Shown: piece after piece, positions 1 to 9,872 of the stretch
How positions within the stretch are numbered: position 1 is the first letter of the stretch
How the letters are laid out: every line of letters starts with the position of its first letter
Assembly (NCBI GenBank): GCA_944390305.1
Contig: CALXPX010000001.1
Span: forward strand, 1-26,911
Reading direction: 5' to 3'
Length of the DNA stretch: 26,911 bases
From: an uncultured Clostridia bacterium
GTDB lineage: Bacteria > Bacillota > Clostridia > TANB77 > CAG-508
Notes under the pieces: model-generated
Told to the model about the DNA's origin: nothing
The model's input: only the letters and a program-made list of their open reading frames with translations
Databases searched by the model: none
Made by a program: the position numbers and the translations under genes

Positions 1-84
1 TTTTTTTGTATAACTTTGAGTCACCCATTCTGATATAAGAATTGTTATTATTATAACAATTGTAATTATTGCTTCCTTTTTCAT
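1..84 (-). CDS. 5' part of a small membrane-anchored protein, possibly DUF4363 family (runs off the window)
   Basis: Manual translation MKKEAIITIVIIITILISEWVTQSYTKK. ATG at 84, 2 nt after the DUF421 stop, with AAGGA upstream. DUF4363 is suggested only by its usual position after DUF421. Confidence 0.55.
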   Translation of the reverse strand, partial: MKKEAIITIVIIITILISEWVTQSYTKK

Positions 85-86
85 TT

Positions 87-770
87 TTATTTCCTTTCTT
101 TTTTACTTTTTTCTTGACAGAAAAAATTTCCTTTTCCATCCATAGTTGCTATTAATACATTTTCTGGAGTTGTTTTAAATTTATCTATTTGATTTTTAAG
201 CCATCTTTCATTTTTTCCTATTTTAGTTAGATTTTCATACATTATTTTTCCGTCTACTACCAAATCATATGGAAGACCTTCATATTCTGGCATTATATTA
301 AAATCTTCTGGTATTGTATTTCTTTTATTTGGTTTTTGTATTACTGATACTTCTCCATTTGTTTCTAATATAGCAAATTCAACATCTCCTAAATTAAAAA
401 TTTCTTTTCCTCTTAATCTTTCCTGAAGTTCACTTACGGTAAACCTTTCTTTTCTTAATGCCTCTTCATCTATTTTTCCTCTGTATACTAAAATTGTTGG
501 TTTCCCACATGTAATTTTACGTATATTTACAGATTTTATATTTAATACTGTTATTAATAAATGCATGGCCAGCAAACCTAATATTGGGACTAATCCATTA
601 AATATTGGAACTCCTGGATCTGTCATTGGAATTGATGCAAGATCTGCTATCATTATTGATATTACAAGTTCAAATGGCTGAAGCTGACCGATTTCTCTTT
701 TTCCCATCAATCTCATTACTATTAAAACTAAAATATATATAATTATTGCTCTTACAAAATTAATTAACAT
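87..770 (-). CDS. DUF421/YetF family membrane protein
   Basis: N-terminal TM helices with MGKREIGQL.PFELV, then GKIDEEAL...ELQERLR...DVEFAILETNGEVSV, typical of YetF/DUF421. Confidence 0.85.
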   Translation of the reverse strand: MLINFVRAIIIYILVLIVMRLMGKREIGQLQPFELVISIMIADLASIPMTDPGVPIFNGLVPILGLLAMHLLITVLNIKSVNIRKITCGKPTILVYRGKIDEEALRKERFTVSELQERLRGKEIFNLGDVEFAILETNGEVSVIQKPNKRNTIPEDFNIMPEYEGLPYDLVVDGKIMYENLTKIGKNERWLKNQIDKFKTTPENVLIATMDGKGNFFCQEKSKKERK

Positions 771-867
771 TTTTGCACCTCTTAAAAATAGTATTTCCCA
801 AATTTTTAGTGAATATTTATATTTATTTAGGAAATAATTAAATTAATGAACATTTTAGGAGGTTTTT

Positions 868-1242
868 ATGAAAAGAAATAAATTGCCACAATTTGTTGGA
901 AGATTAATTACTGCTATTGTTGTTTTAGGAATTACAGCTTTTTTTACACCGGGTTTTGGAACATCTAGTATTTGGGTTGTAGCTTTAGCAGTATTGCTTC
1001 TTACAGCTTTTGATTTTGCTATTAGCACTTTTACTTCTCTTTTTGCTCATCCAATTGTAAAAGGGATTATAGGGTTTGTACTTTGTAGTATTACTTTATA
1101 TGTTGTACAATATATAGTTACAGGATATGGAATCTCTTGGATTTCTGCACTTCTTGGCGCTTTAGTATATGCTATTGTAGATTATATGCTTCCAGCAGAA
1201 GAAGAATCTTCTCATACACATATGCATCATGCTACAATTTAA
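868..1242 (+). CDS. 4-TM 'phage holin family' (YvlD-like) membrane protein
   Basis: Four hydrophobic segments, FTPGF and 'WISALLGALVYAIV' pattern, AGGAGG RBS. No phage genes nearby. Confidence 0.6.
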   Translation: MKRNKLPQFVGRLITAIVVLGITAFFTPGFGTSSIWVVALAVLLLTAFDFAISTFTSLFAHPIVKGIIGFVLCSITLYVVQYIVTGYGISWISALLGALVYAIVDYMLPAEEESSHTHMHHATI

Positions 1243-1261
1243 TTTATATATTATTTTATAT

Positions 1262-1293
1262 TTAAAGAGGATAAATTGCTTTATCCTCTTTAA
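1262..1293. terminator. Bidirectional intrinsic terminator between convergent genes
   Basis: Perfect 14-bp inverted repeat TTAAAGAGGATAAA-ttgc-TTTATCCTCTTTAA followed by a T-run. Confidence 0.85.
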
Positions 1294-1312
1294 CTTTTTT
1301 GTTTTATTTTTA

Positions 1313-2818
1313 TTATTTATCTATACTATATATTTCTAAATCTTTTATAGCAGGTCCTAATATATTTTTTCCAAATTTGTCAAATCTTGATCCATGACAA
1401 GGGCAATCCCATGTTTTATCTGCATCATTCCATTCTAACATGCATCCTAAATGTGTGCATACTGGTTTTATTAAATAATTTTTTCCCTCTTCATTTTTGT
1501 ATACTCCTACCTTTTCTCCATCTATTTCTATAATTCCTCCTGAATTTTCTTTTATATCTTTTATTTCTAATTCTTTTTTCTTTATTCTTTCTACAACAAG
1601 TGATTTTGTACTATCTACTATCATATTTTTCATTTCATCTTTATTTTCTATTGGTTTAAACCTTGTTGATTTAAATATTTCTCCATATACGCTTCCATCT
1701 GATTTAATTTTATCTGTAATTATATTAGCAGCAATATTTGAAGTAGTCATTCCCCATTTATTAAATCCTGTTGCAACATACAAATTAGGAAGTAAATTTG
1801 AATATTCTCCTATATACGCTATTTTATCTAATGTAACAGCGTCTCTTATAGACCACCTAGCAATCACTCTAGAATCTTTATACAATTCTTTTGCCTTATC
1901 TTCTAATATTTTATACGTTTCTTCATAAGTTACTTTTTTACCAGTCTTGTGTCCCGCTCCTCCAATAAGTAAAATATTCTTTCCATCAAAATTTGCTGTT
2001 CTAAATGATAGGGTTGGTTGTTCTACATTTATATACATTCCTTTAGGTAGATCATTTTCTGTTTTTATTGCAATCACATATGATGATTCTTGATACATTT
2101 TGGCAAAGTAAAAACCTGGGATTTTTAGGAATGGATACTGACTAGCTAAAACAACATATTTTGCATATACTTTGTTATTATTTGCATATACTACATATTC
2201 ATCATTTTCTTTTTTCACATCCATGCATAAAGTATTTGTATATATTCTTCCTTTATTGTTTAAAATATATTTTACTAATCCACTTACATATTTAAATGGA
2301 TTGAATTTAGCCTGGTTTTTAAATTTTATTGTGCTTAATACATTAAATGGTAAATCTGTTTTATTTGTTTTTTCAGCATCTATGTTTATATATTTTAAAG
2401 CATCCATTTCTTTATCTATTTTATTTATGTCACTTTCATTATTTGTATAAATATAACTTTCGGTTTCTTCAAAATCACATGCTACACCATTTTCATCAAT
2501 AATATCTTTTATATTTTTTATACCATCTTCATTTGCTTCAAAATATTTTTTTGCAAAATTTATACCATATTTTTCAGATAAGTAACTATATATTAATCCA
2601 TGTTGTGAAGTTATTTTTGCAGTTGTATGACCTGTTACTCCATTTGCAATTTCATTTTTTTCTAAAACAACAACTTTGTATCCACTTTTTATTAGATAAT
2701 ATGCTGTTGTAATGCCTACAATTCCTCCTCCAATAATACATACATCAGCACTCGTATCTTCTTCTAATTTTCCACTAGATTCTATCTTTTTTTTGCTTTC
2801 TAACCAAATTGAATTCAT
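1313..2818 (-). CDS. FAD-dependent oxidoreductase with C-terminal Rieske [2Fe-2S] domain (YhfW-like)
   Basis: N-terminal GGGIVG FAD motif; C-terminal CTHLGC...WDCPCHGSRF Rieske motifs. Confidence 0.9.
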   Translation of the reverse strand: MNSIWLESKKKIESSGKLEEDTSADVCIIGGGIVGITTAYYLIKSGYKVVVLEKNEIANGVTGHTTAKITSQHGLIYSYLSEKYGINFAKKYFEANEDGIKNIKDIIDENGVACDFEETESYIYTNNESDINKIDKEMDALKYINIDAEKTNKTDLPFNVLSTIKFKNQAKFNPFKYVSGLVKYILNNKGRIYTNTLCMDVKKENDEYVVYANNNKVYAKYVVLASQYPFLKIPGFYFAKMYQESSYVIAIKTENDLPKGMYINVEQPTLSFRTANFDGKNILLIGGAGHKTGKKVTYEETYKILEDKAKELYKDSRVIARWSIRDAVTLDKIAYIGEYSNLLPNLYVATGFNKWGMTTSNIAANIITDKIKSDGSVYGEIFKSTRFKPIENKDEMKNMIVDSTKSLVVERIKKKELEIKDIKENSGGIIEIDGEKVGVYKNEEGKNYLIKPVCTHLGCMLEWNDADKTWDCPCHGSRFDKFGKNILGPAIKDLEIYSIDK

Positions 2819-2985
2819 TTTTGCCTCCTAATTTTTTCATTCTTTATTATTATTTATTTTAAATATTTTTTTATTCTCTTTTTAATAATTTATTTAAACT
2901 TTATGCATGTTTTATTTTTGTTTTAAGTTTTATAAAATTAAAATAATTTATTTTTTTTGAATATAATATAAATGGAGGTTAGAAT

Positions 2986-3444
2986 ATGAATAAATTTATT
3001 TCAAAATTAAAATACATATTAATTCCTGTAATTGTTGGAGGTATTGTAGGTTTTATTATTTCTAATTTTATTGATTATGATAATTTGAATAAGCCTTTTT
3101 TATCCCCTCCTAAAATTGCTTTTCCTATTGTATGGACTATTTTATATATTTTAATGGGTATATCTTATGGAATTTTAAGTGAAAAAAAGTTACTAGATTC
3201 TAAATCTAAATTTATATATTATCTGCAGTTAGGAATAAATGCTCTTTGGTCAATCTTTTTCTTTGTTTTTAAATGGAGATTATTTTCTTTTATCTGGATA
3301 TTGTTATTAGATATTGTAGTTTTAATTATGATAATAGATTTTTATAAAAAGGATAAAACTGCAGGCTTAATTCAAATTCCGTATCTTATCTGGATATTAT
3401 TTGCAAGTTATTTGAATTTGGGAGTATATATTTTAAATAAATAA
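2986..3444 (+). CDS. tspO: TspO/MBR family tryptophan-rich sensory protein
   Basis: LNKPFLSPP..FPIVWTILYILMG, QLGINALWS.FFF and LQIPYL.W..FA.YLN motifs. Confidence 0.9.
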   Translation: MNKFISKLKYILIPVIVGGIVGFIISNFIDYDNLNKPFLSPPKIAFPIVWTILYILMGISYGILSEKKLLDSKSKFIYYLQLGINALWSIFFFVFKWRLFSFIWILLLDIVVLIMIIDFYKKDKTAGLIQIPYLIWILFASYLNLGVYILNK

Positions 3445-3475
3445 GATGTATGCATAAATGTATACATCTTATTTT
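3438..3475. terminator. Intrinsic terminator overlapping the tspO stop codon
   Basis: AAATAAGATGTATGCAT-aa-ATGTATACATCTTATTT inverted repeat (one G-U) followed by T's. Confidence 0.7.
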
Positions 3476-3523
3476 TATAATATATATATAAATCTTATAA
3501 TTAATTTATATTTTCTCTTGTTA

Positions 3524-4036
3524 TCAGATAAAGAATCTATATGCTACTTCACTATAATATTTTTCTCCTATTTTTATTTCCTTTTTTGCTATTACCTCTC
3601 CTCCCATTTTTTCATAAAATTTTCTTGATTTTATATTATCTTTTAGACACCAAAGTATCATTTGTTGTTTACTTTCTTTTTTTAAGTCGTTTATAGCAAA
3701 TTCAAACATTTTACTTCCTATACCTTTAAATTTAAATTCTGGTTTTACATATATTGATAATAATTCACAGTCTATATTTAAAATATTGCTAGAGAATTTA
3801 TTATTATTTATATATCTACAAAAGCCAACTATTATATTATGGTATGTAGCAACTATAAAAGAGTTTTCTTTATAGTCTTTTTTCCTTTTTTTAATTCTTT
3901 CTTCTCTATTCATATTTTTCAAATATTCTTCATCTATTATTCCTCTATATGCTTCCTTCCAGCCCGATATTTGTATATCTACTACTTCTTCTATATCTTT
4001 TTCTTCAATATTTCTTATAAATATATCTTCTATCAT
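3524..4036 (-). CDS. GNAT family N-acetyltransferase
   Basis: 'ELLSIYVKPEFKFKGIGSKM' acetyl-CoA motif A and 'N..SRKFYEKMG' motif B. Confidence 0.9.
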   Translation of the reverse strand: MIEDIFIRNIEEKDIEEVVDIQISGWKEAYRGIIDEEYLKNMNREERIKKRKKDYKENSFIVATYHNIIVGFCRYINNNKFSSNILNIDCELLSIYVKPEFKFKGIGSKMFEFAINDLKKESKQQMILWCLKDNIKSRKFYEKMGGEVIAKKEIKIGEKYYSEVAYRFFI

Positions 4037-4087
4037 ATCTATCCCTCTTATATAATATACATAATTTCAAGTTAGGTATATGTTTAT

Positions 4088-4888
4088 TTATAAATACTCC
4101 TCTATTAATTTTCTTTTTGTATTAAAACTTTCCGTTATAGAAGTATTAAAATCATTGTTTTTTAGAGTATAGTCTATCCACATAATAGCATATTTCTTTA
4201 TAAAGGGTGTTTCTTCTTTTTTTAATTTAAAGTCTTTAAGATAATACGCATCTATAAATTTGTTAATTCCATCTAGATTAACTCCTTTTGTTTTTGAAAA
4301 GAATAAGTTTGCAATTAATATCGCTACATCACATACCGCTTCTCCAAATTTAGCATCATCAAAATCTATAAATCCAACCTTTTTTTCTTTATCATTTATA
4401 AATATATTTTGCCTTGTTAGATCAAAATGTAATATAGATTTGCGACCTATATAATTTTCAAAAGGAATACTAGGTAGATTTATTTCACTATTATTGGTTA
4501 TTTTATGAAGATCTCTTAAAGTATTAGCAAGTATGCATATTTCATTATCTGTTAATTTTATTTTAGTTTCGTCCCATACTACTTGATGTCCTTTTAAAAA
4601 CGAATATACAACTATGTAAGTATTTTTAGATATTTCTAAATACTCTTTGTTTAAGTTATTTTTTATAACCTCAGGCACATAAAAATTATTTTTTACTAAC
4701 ACTTTATGGAGTTTTACTATCCATTTTGTATGTTTTAAATTATTATATGCTTTTATTACATATTTACTTTTATTACTAAATACTATATATACATTTCCCA
4801 CAGTTGATTGAAGATTTTTTTCGATTTTGTTAACTTTAATATCAAATTTTTCTTCTACTATTTTTTTAAAATTTTTTTCTGTTAGCAT
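4088..4888 (-). CDS. APH/choline-kinase-like phosphotransferase
   Basis: YVIK lysine motif, HFDLTRQNI catalytic loop (HxDxxxxN) and IDFDD metal-binding motif. Confidence 0.8.
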   Translation of the reverse strand: MLTEKNFKKIVEEKFDIKVNKIEKNLQSTVGNVYIVFSNKSKYVIKAYNNLKHTKWIVKLHKVLVKNNFYVPEVIKNNLNKEYLEISKNTYIVVYSFLKGHQVVWDETKIKLTDNEICILANTLRDLHKITNNSEINLPSIPFENYIGRKSILHFDLTRQNIFINDKEKKVGFIDFDDAKFGEAVCDVAILIANLFFSKTKGVNLDGINKFIDAYYLKDFKLKKEETPFIKKYAIMWIDYTLKNNDFNTSITESFNTKRKLIEEYL

Positions 4889-4959
4889 ACTTTTCCTTTT
4901 ACTTATATTAATATACTATAATATTATTTTATTACAAAGCTTTTCTATATATATTTTAA

Positions 4960-5703
4960 TTATAATTTATTGTACTCTTCATCACTAACCATTTCACACC
5001 ATTCATTCGATGTTTCTTCTCCTGGTACTTCTATTGCTAAGTGAGAAAACCAACTATTCTTTTTAGCTCCATGCCAGTGTTTAACATTTGCTGGTATGAC
5101 TACTACATCTCCTTCCTTTAAACTTTGTGCTATTTTTCCTTCTTCTTGATACCATCCTTCTCCTTCTACACAAAGTAAGATTTGTCCACCTCCGCTTTTT
5201 GCATGATGTATATGCCAATTATTTCTACAACCTGGTTCAAATGTTACATTAGCTATAGAAATTGTAGATTCTTCTGGTTTTGTTAATGGTTTCAAATATG
5301 AATTTCCACTAAAATACTTAGCATAAGCAGTATTTGCTTCTCCCATTCCAAAGAATCCTCCATGATTTTCTTCTTTAGTATTATCATCACTATATACTTC
5401 TTTTGCTAAATTAAATACTGCCCATGCATTTGGCCATCCTGCATAAAATGCAGCATGAGTTATTATTTCTGCCATTTCATCTTTTGTTATCCCATTATTC
5501 TTTGCATTTATTAGATGATATTTTAATGAGTTATCTATTAAGCCTTTTCCCATAAATATACATATAGTTACTAAAGATCTATCTCTTAGCGATAGCTTAT
5601 CTTCCCTACTCCACACTTCTCCAAATAATACATCATCATTAAGTGAAGCAAATTTAGGAGCAAATTCTCCTAAACTATCTCTTCCAGCAGTTTGTTTTTT
5701 CAT
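4960..5703 (-). CDS. Carboxymuconolactone decarboxylase (CMD)-cupin fusion protein
   Basis: N-terminal 'FAPKFASLNDDVLFGEVWSRE.LSLRDRSLVT...AFYAGWP'; C-terminal cupin 'TFEPGCRNNWHIH...GQIL...HWHGA'. Confidence 0.9.
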   Translation of the reverse strand: MKKQTAGRDSLGEFAPKFASLNDDVLFGEVWSREDKLSLRDRSLVTICIFMGKGLIDNSLKYHLINAKNNGITKDEMAEIITHAAFYAGWPNAWAVFNLAKEVYSDDNTKEENHGGFFGMGEANTAYAKYFSGNSYLKPLTKPEESTISIANVTFEPGCRNNWHIHHAKSGGGQILLCVEGEGWYQEEGKIAQSLKEGDVVVIPANVKHWHGAKKNSWFSHLAIEVPGEETSNEWCEMVSDEEYNKL

Positions 5704-5788
5704 AATTATTACCTCTATATTATTTTTTTATTTAATTAGTTATATAAGATATATAACTTTTATTTTTATTATAATTTTTAAGATATTT

Positions 5789-7729
5789 TTATACTGTTAT
5801 AATGTTTAATTTTTCATTTAGCATTTCCCATTCATTCATTTTTTCTTCTATTTCTTTATTTATATTATCTATTTCTAATTGCATTTCATTTAGTTTTATG
5901 TAGTCTGTGATAATGTTTTGTTCTTCCATTTTATTTTTTATTATTTGTATTTCATTTTCTTTTTCATCTATTTCTTTTTCTAACTTATTTATCTTTGCTT
6001 TTATCTTGTTAACTTCTTTACTAATATAATAAGGATTTTTAAGATTTTTTTCTTCTTTATTTTCTTCCTTTTTATTCGTTTTCTTATTATTCTTTTCTAA
6101 TTTTTCATAGTTTTCTTTATTTTCTTCTTTTGTCTTTAAATATTCTTCATATTTTCCATTAAAGAATTTTACTTTATCTTTATCAAACTCTAATATTACA
6201 TCTGCTATTTTATTTACAAAATATCTATCATGAGATACAAATATTAATGTTCCTTTATATTCTTTTAATATATTTTCCAAAGATTCTTTACCAATTATAT
6301 CCATATGATTGGTAGGCTCATCAAGTAATATCAAATTAGGACCTTTTTTAAATATTTCGCATAAGACTAGTCTTGCTTTTTCACCACCTGATAATACTTT
6401 TATCTTTTTAAATACATCTTCTCCAGAAAAAAGAAATGTTCCAAGGATTGTTCTTATTTGAGTTACTGTTAATTTAGGAAATTTATTACTAAATTCTTCA
6501 AATACTGTGCTTTCCATATTTTTGAATTCTATTTGCTGATCAAAGTATTCTTTTTTTACATTATAACCATACTCAAATTCTCCAGATATTTTTTCTATAT
6601 TTCCGTTTAATGTTTTTAATAATGTAGATTTACCTATTCCATTTTCTCCTATAATAGCTAATTTCTGCCCTTTATACATTTCAAAAGAAACATTGGCTAA
6701 TATTTTATCATATCCTATACCTAAGTTTTTTACAGTTAATACTTTTTTTCCACTTTCTGTTTTTATATCAAAATTTGTATGAAATGTCTTTAAATCATAT
6801 TTATTAGGTTTATCTAAGATTGTCATTTGTTCTATTTTCTTTAATTTTGATAATGCCATTTTAGCTTTTGTTGGTTTATATCTAAATCTGTCTGCTATTT
6901 CTTTAAGTCTTTTTATCTCTCTTTGTTGGTATTCATAATCTTTTAAACTTTTCTCATAATTTTGTCTCTTTTGAATTTCAAAATCTTCATAATTTCCATT
7001 ATATTCTGTTAAACAAGCATACTCTATTTCATATATTTTATTAACAATTCTATTTAAGAACATTCTATCATGAGATACTATAACAACTGCTTTAGAATAG
7101 TTTTTCAAATAACTTTCAAGCCATTCTATAGCCATAACATCCAAATGATTTGTAGGTTCATCTAATAATAATATATCTGGTTTACTTAATAGTAACTTTA
7201 GAAATGCTATTTTTGTTCTTTGTCCTCCTGAAAATTCATCAATTCTTTTTTTCTTATCTTCTGCTATTTTAAATCCAAATTTTTTAAGAGCTGTTTCATA
7301 TTCTTTTTTATATGTATATCCTCCTTGTATTTCATATTTTTCCATCAATTTTGAATATTCATTTATTATCTCTTCTTTTGGATTTATCTGCATTTGCTTT
7401 GATAATTCTTCTATCTTTTTTTCTAATAAAACTATAGGTTCATATACTTTTAATATTTCATCTAATAATGTTGAAGATGGATCTTCAAAATCTATTTGTT
7501 TTAAATATCCTATTTTAGGAATTCCTTTTTTGTATATATTAAATCTTTCTTCTCCAATCCCTTCTTCTAACATAGAATTATCTATTAATGATTTTAATAA
7601 AGTAGTTTTTCCGCTTCCGTTTCTTCCTACTATACCAATTTTATCTTTTTCTTTTATTTCAAAGTTAATCTCTTCTAATATAGTTTCTGCTCCAAATGAT
7701 ATTGACCCATTTACTATTTTATAGTTCAT
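5789..7729 (-). CDS. ABC-F family ATP-binding protein with C-terminal coiled coil
   Basis: Two ABC domains (GRNGSGKT/FSGGQ/LLLDEPTNHLD and GENGIGKST/LSGGE/ILLDEPTNH), an interdomain linker and no TM segments. Confidence 0.92.
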   Translation of the reverse strand: MNYKIVNGSISFGAETILEEINFEIKEKDKIGIVGRNGSGKTTLLKSLIDNSMLEEGIGEERFNIYKKGIPKIGYLKQIDFEDPSSTLLDEILKVYEPIVLLEKKIEELSKQMQINPKEEIINEYSKLMEKYEIQGGYTYKKEYETALKKFGFKIAEDKKKRIDEFSGGQRTKIAFLKLLLSKPDILLLDEPTNHLDVMAIEWLESYLKNYSKAVVIVSHDRMFLNRIVNKIYEIEYACLTEYNGNYEDFEIQKRQNYEKSLKDYEYQQREIKRLKEIADRFRYKPTKAKMALSKLKKIEQMTILDKPNKYDLKTFHTNFDIKTESGKKVLTVKNLGIGYDKILANVSFEMYKGQKLAIIGENGIGKSTLLKTLNGNIEKISGEFEYGYNVKKEYFDQQIEFKNMESTVFEEFSNKFPKLTVTQIRTILGTFLFSGEDVFKKIKVLSGGEKARLVLCEIFKKGPNLILLDEPTNHMDIIGKESLENILKEYKGTLIFVSHDRYFVNKIADVILEFDKDKVKFFNGKYEEYLKTKEENKENYEKLEKNNKKTNKKEENKEEKNLKNPYYISKEVNKIKAKINKLEKEIDEKENEIQIIKNKMEEQNIITDYIKLNEMQLEIDNINKEIEEKMNEWEMLNEKLNIITV

Positions 7730-7750
7730 TTCTGCACATCCTAACTATTG

Positions 7751-8830
7751 TTATTTTTCTGACACATCTTCTTCAATATTTTCATATAATGGAATTATGA
7801 AATTTAAATTTACATCTACAGAATTTGATGCTTCATAAATTTCTTTCATATTACTTGCTTCTGACATAGGTGCTAATAAATTTTGCATATATTGATTTTC
7901 ATATAATTCTCCATCACTATTTACTATATCAAACTTTTGCAAGTATAATGTATTTTGTCCTTTATTTATATATCCTTCTTTTACAAATTCTATTCCTCCA
8001 AGTAGCCCTTTTTCTAAAGTATCCCATCCATTTTCTTTAGCATATTTTGCTGCATTATTTATTATTTCTTCATATGAGTTTCCACTTGCTTTTATATTAA
8101 ATGGATTATATACTTTGACTCCTTCATATTCATATCCTTTAGATAAAACTGTACCTTCTCTTCCTTGTTCCTGGATTAATCTAGAGGTAATAAAATAAGG
8201 ATCTAAATTAGCTTTTTTACCTGCTTCAATTAGTGCTTTTGAAATAGTATCTCCATATAAGAAAGAATCTTTTGTTATATATTCTATTCCTTCTTCTTTA
8301 CAAGCACCTTCTATATAACTTAGTTCTTTAAATTGAAATATATTTTCTTCATTTAGAATATTTCTTGGATCCATTTGATATTTTATTGCTTTATGTGATG
8401 CACAAAGCCATGTTCCATTATCAAAAGTTTTATCTTTATCAATCTCACATTTCCAATCTTCTTTATAGTCATCTGAATCTGGAATTAGATTTAAGGGATT
8501 TGTTCTATTATCATCATGTCCTTCCATTTTAATTACTTCATTCCAATCAAGCTTTGTATAAAAAAGAGTGAAAGTCCAATTTGGGTGCGTTTCTTTTAAT
8601 TTATCTATTAATTCTTTATATCCAGGATATTTGTTTTCATTTAAATTTTCTCCATTATATAGAACGTATTTTTGCTTTTTTTCTTCATTAATAAACACTG
8701 AAACTAATATACCAATTATCAATACAATAATTAATATTAGTGCAGTAATTACTGTTATTTTTGCACTTTTTTTCATATTTTTTATATTTGTCATTATTCT
8801 TTTTATAATATTTTCTTTATATCCATTCAT
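7751..8830 (-). CDS. Membrane-anchored N-acetylglucosaminidase-like cell-wall hydrolase (GH73-like)
   Basis: N-terminal TM; 'YQMDPRNIL', 'SRLIQEQG', 'YNPFNI', 'QNTLYLQKF', 'YMQNLLAP' motifs of clostridial glucosaminidases. Confidence 0.75.
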   Translation of the reverse strand: MNGYKENIIKRIMTNIKNMKKSAKITVITALILIIVLIIGILVSVFINEEKKQKYVLYNGENLNENKYPGYKELIDKLKETHPNWTFTLFYTKLDWNEVIKMEGHDDNRTNPLNLIPDSDDYKEDWKCEIDKDKTFDNGTWLCASHKAIKYQMDPRNILNEENIFQFKELSYIEGACKEEGIEYITKDSFLYGDTISKALIEAGKKANLDPYFITSRLIQEQGREGTVLSKGYEYEGVKVYNPFNIKASGNSYEEIINNAAKYAKENGWDTLEKGLLGGIEFVKEGYINKGQNTLYLQKFDIVNSDGELYENQYMQNLLAPMSEASNMKEIYEASNSVDVNLNFIIPLYENIEEDVSEK

Positions 8831-8899
8831 GAACTTATTATAACATATATTTTGATATTTTATGATAATTTTATATATTTTCTTACATATTTTATAATT

Positions 8900-9836
8900 T
8901 TATAAAAATAAACTAAGTTGATTGTCATTATTAATCCAACTTTTTTGTTTTGCCTCTGATATTTTGTCTTTTTCTTCTTTATTTCCTATTAATAAAGGAG
9001 ATGTTTCTATATGCCTTTTTACATTTTCTATAACTAAATCTTTGTTAGCATTTGCATAACAATATTTGCATAAATGCATACATGTATTATACTCTCCTAT
9101 ATCATTTCCCATTAAGCAATTGCACTCTTCTCTAGTATTTTTTATTTTAGGAGGATTTAATTTTATTTCTAAAGCTTTTTCTATTATGTCTTTACTCATA
9201 CATCCGATTACAGTCAATTCCATATTTATTTAGGAAAGTTTTTTCACAGCAGCTACGTATTAATATATTATTTTCTTTCCCTATTTTATAAAAGGCTTTT
9301 CCTATTTCTATTTGTTCTTCTAATTTAGGTGGTCTTATATCTTGTGCGTTTTTCTTTACTTTTTCATATAAATCAAGAAAACTAATTGTGCAGCTTTTAG
9401 TAAAACCATTTAATTTTTTAGCCATTTTTTCAAATTCTTCTATATGTCTTTTTACATCAAATCCCATACCTATAAAAATTGGATCATATCTCCATGCTAC
9501 TTTATTTATTCCTACCTTTCTTGATAATTCTTTAAAACTTTCAATTACCTCTTCTTTTTTGGGAACATTTGGCTCAATTTCTTTTCCATATGGAGTTATT
9601 GTTACAAACCAATATTGTCTATACTCTTTTATTTCTTCTAAATATTTTATCATTGGTCTTGGATTTTTTGTGCAAAAAGCTAGACAGTCAACAACATTTG
9701 GATTTAATGTATACTTTGTTATTTGAGAGGGGTAATATGGATTTCTTACTAATACATATCCTTCCTTTATCCTATTTATTAGCCATTTTGAGTAAAAAGC
9801 TGGTATATCTGTTCTACATCCTGTATTTATTATCAC
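8900..9836 (-). pseudogene. DUF1848 family (radical-SAM-like) gene split by a +1 frameshift near 9206-9209
   Basis: 9192..9836 starts MIINTGCRTDIPAFY (DUF1848). 8900..9223 carries the C-terminal DIGEYNTCMHLCKYCYAN. The frames join at GAC TGT AAT C GGA TGT ATG. Confidence 0.8.
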
Positions 9837-9872
9837 TTTTATTTTTCTCCTATACCTTTATATTATTTTAGA

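Noticed and set aside
868-1242. Holin-family gene as evidence of a prophage
   Set aside because: No integrase, capsid, tail or terminase genes or att sites. This family is common on chromosomes.
3481-3490. (TA)5 intergenic run
   Set aside because: Short, between convergent gene ends, and expected by chance at this AT content.
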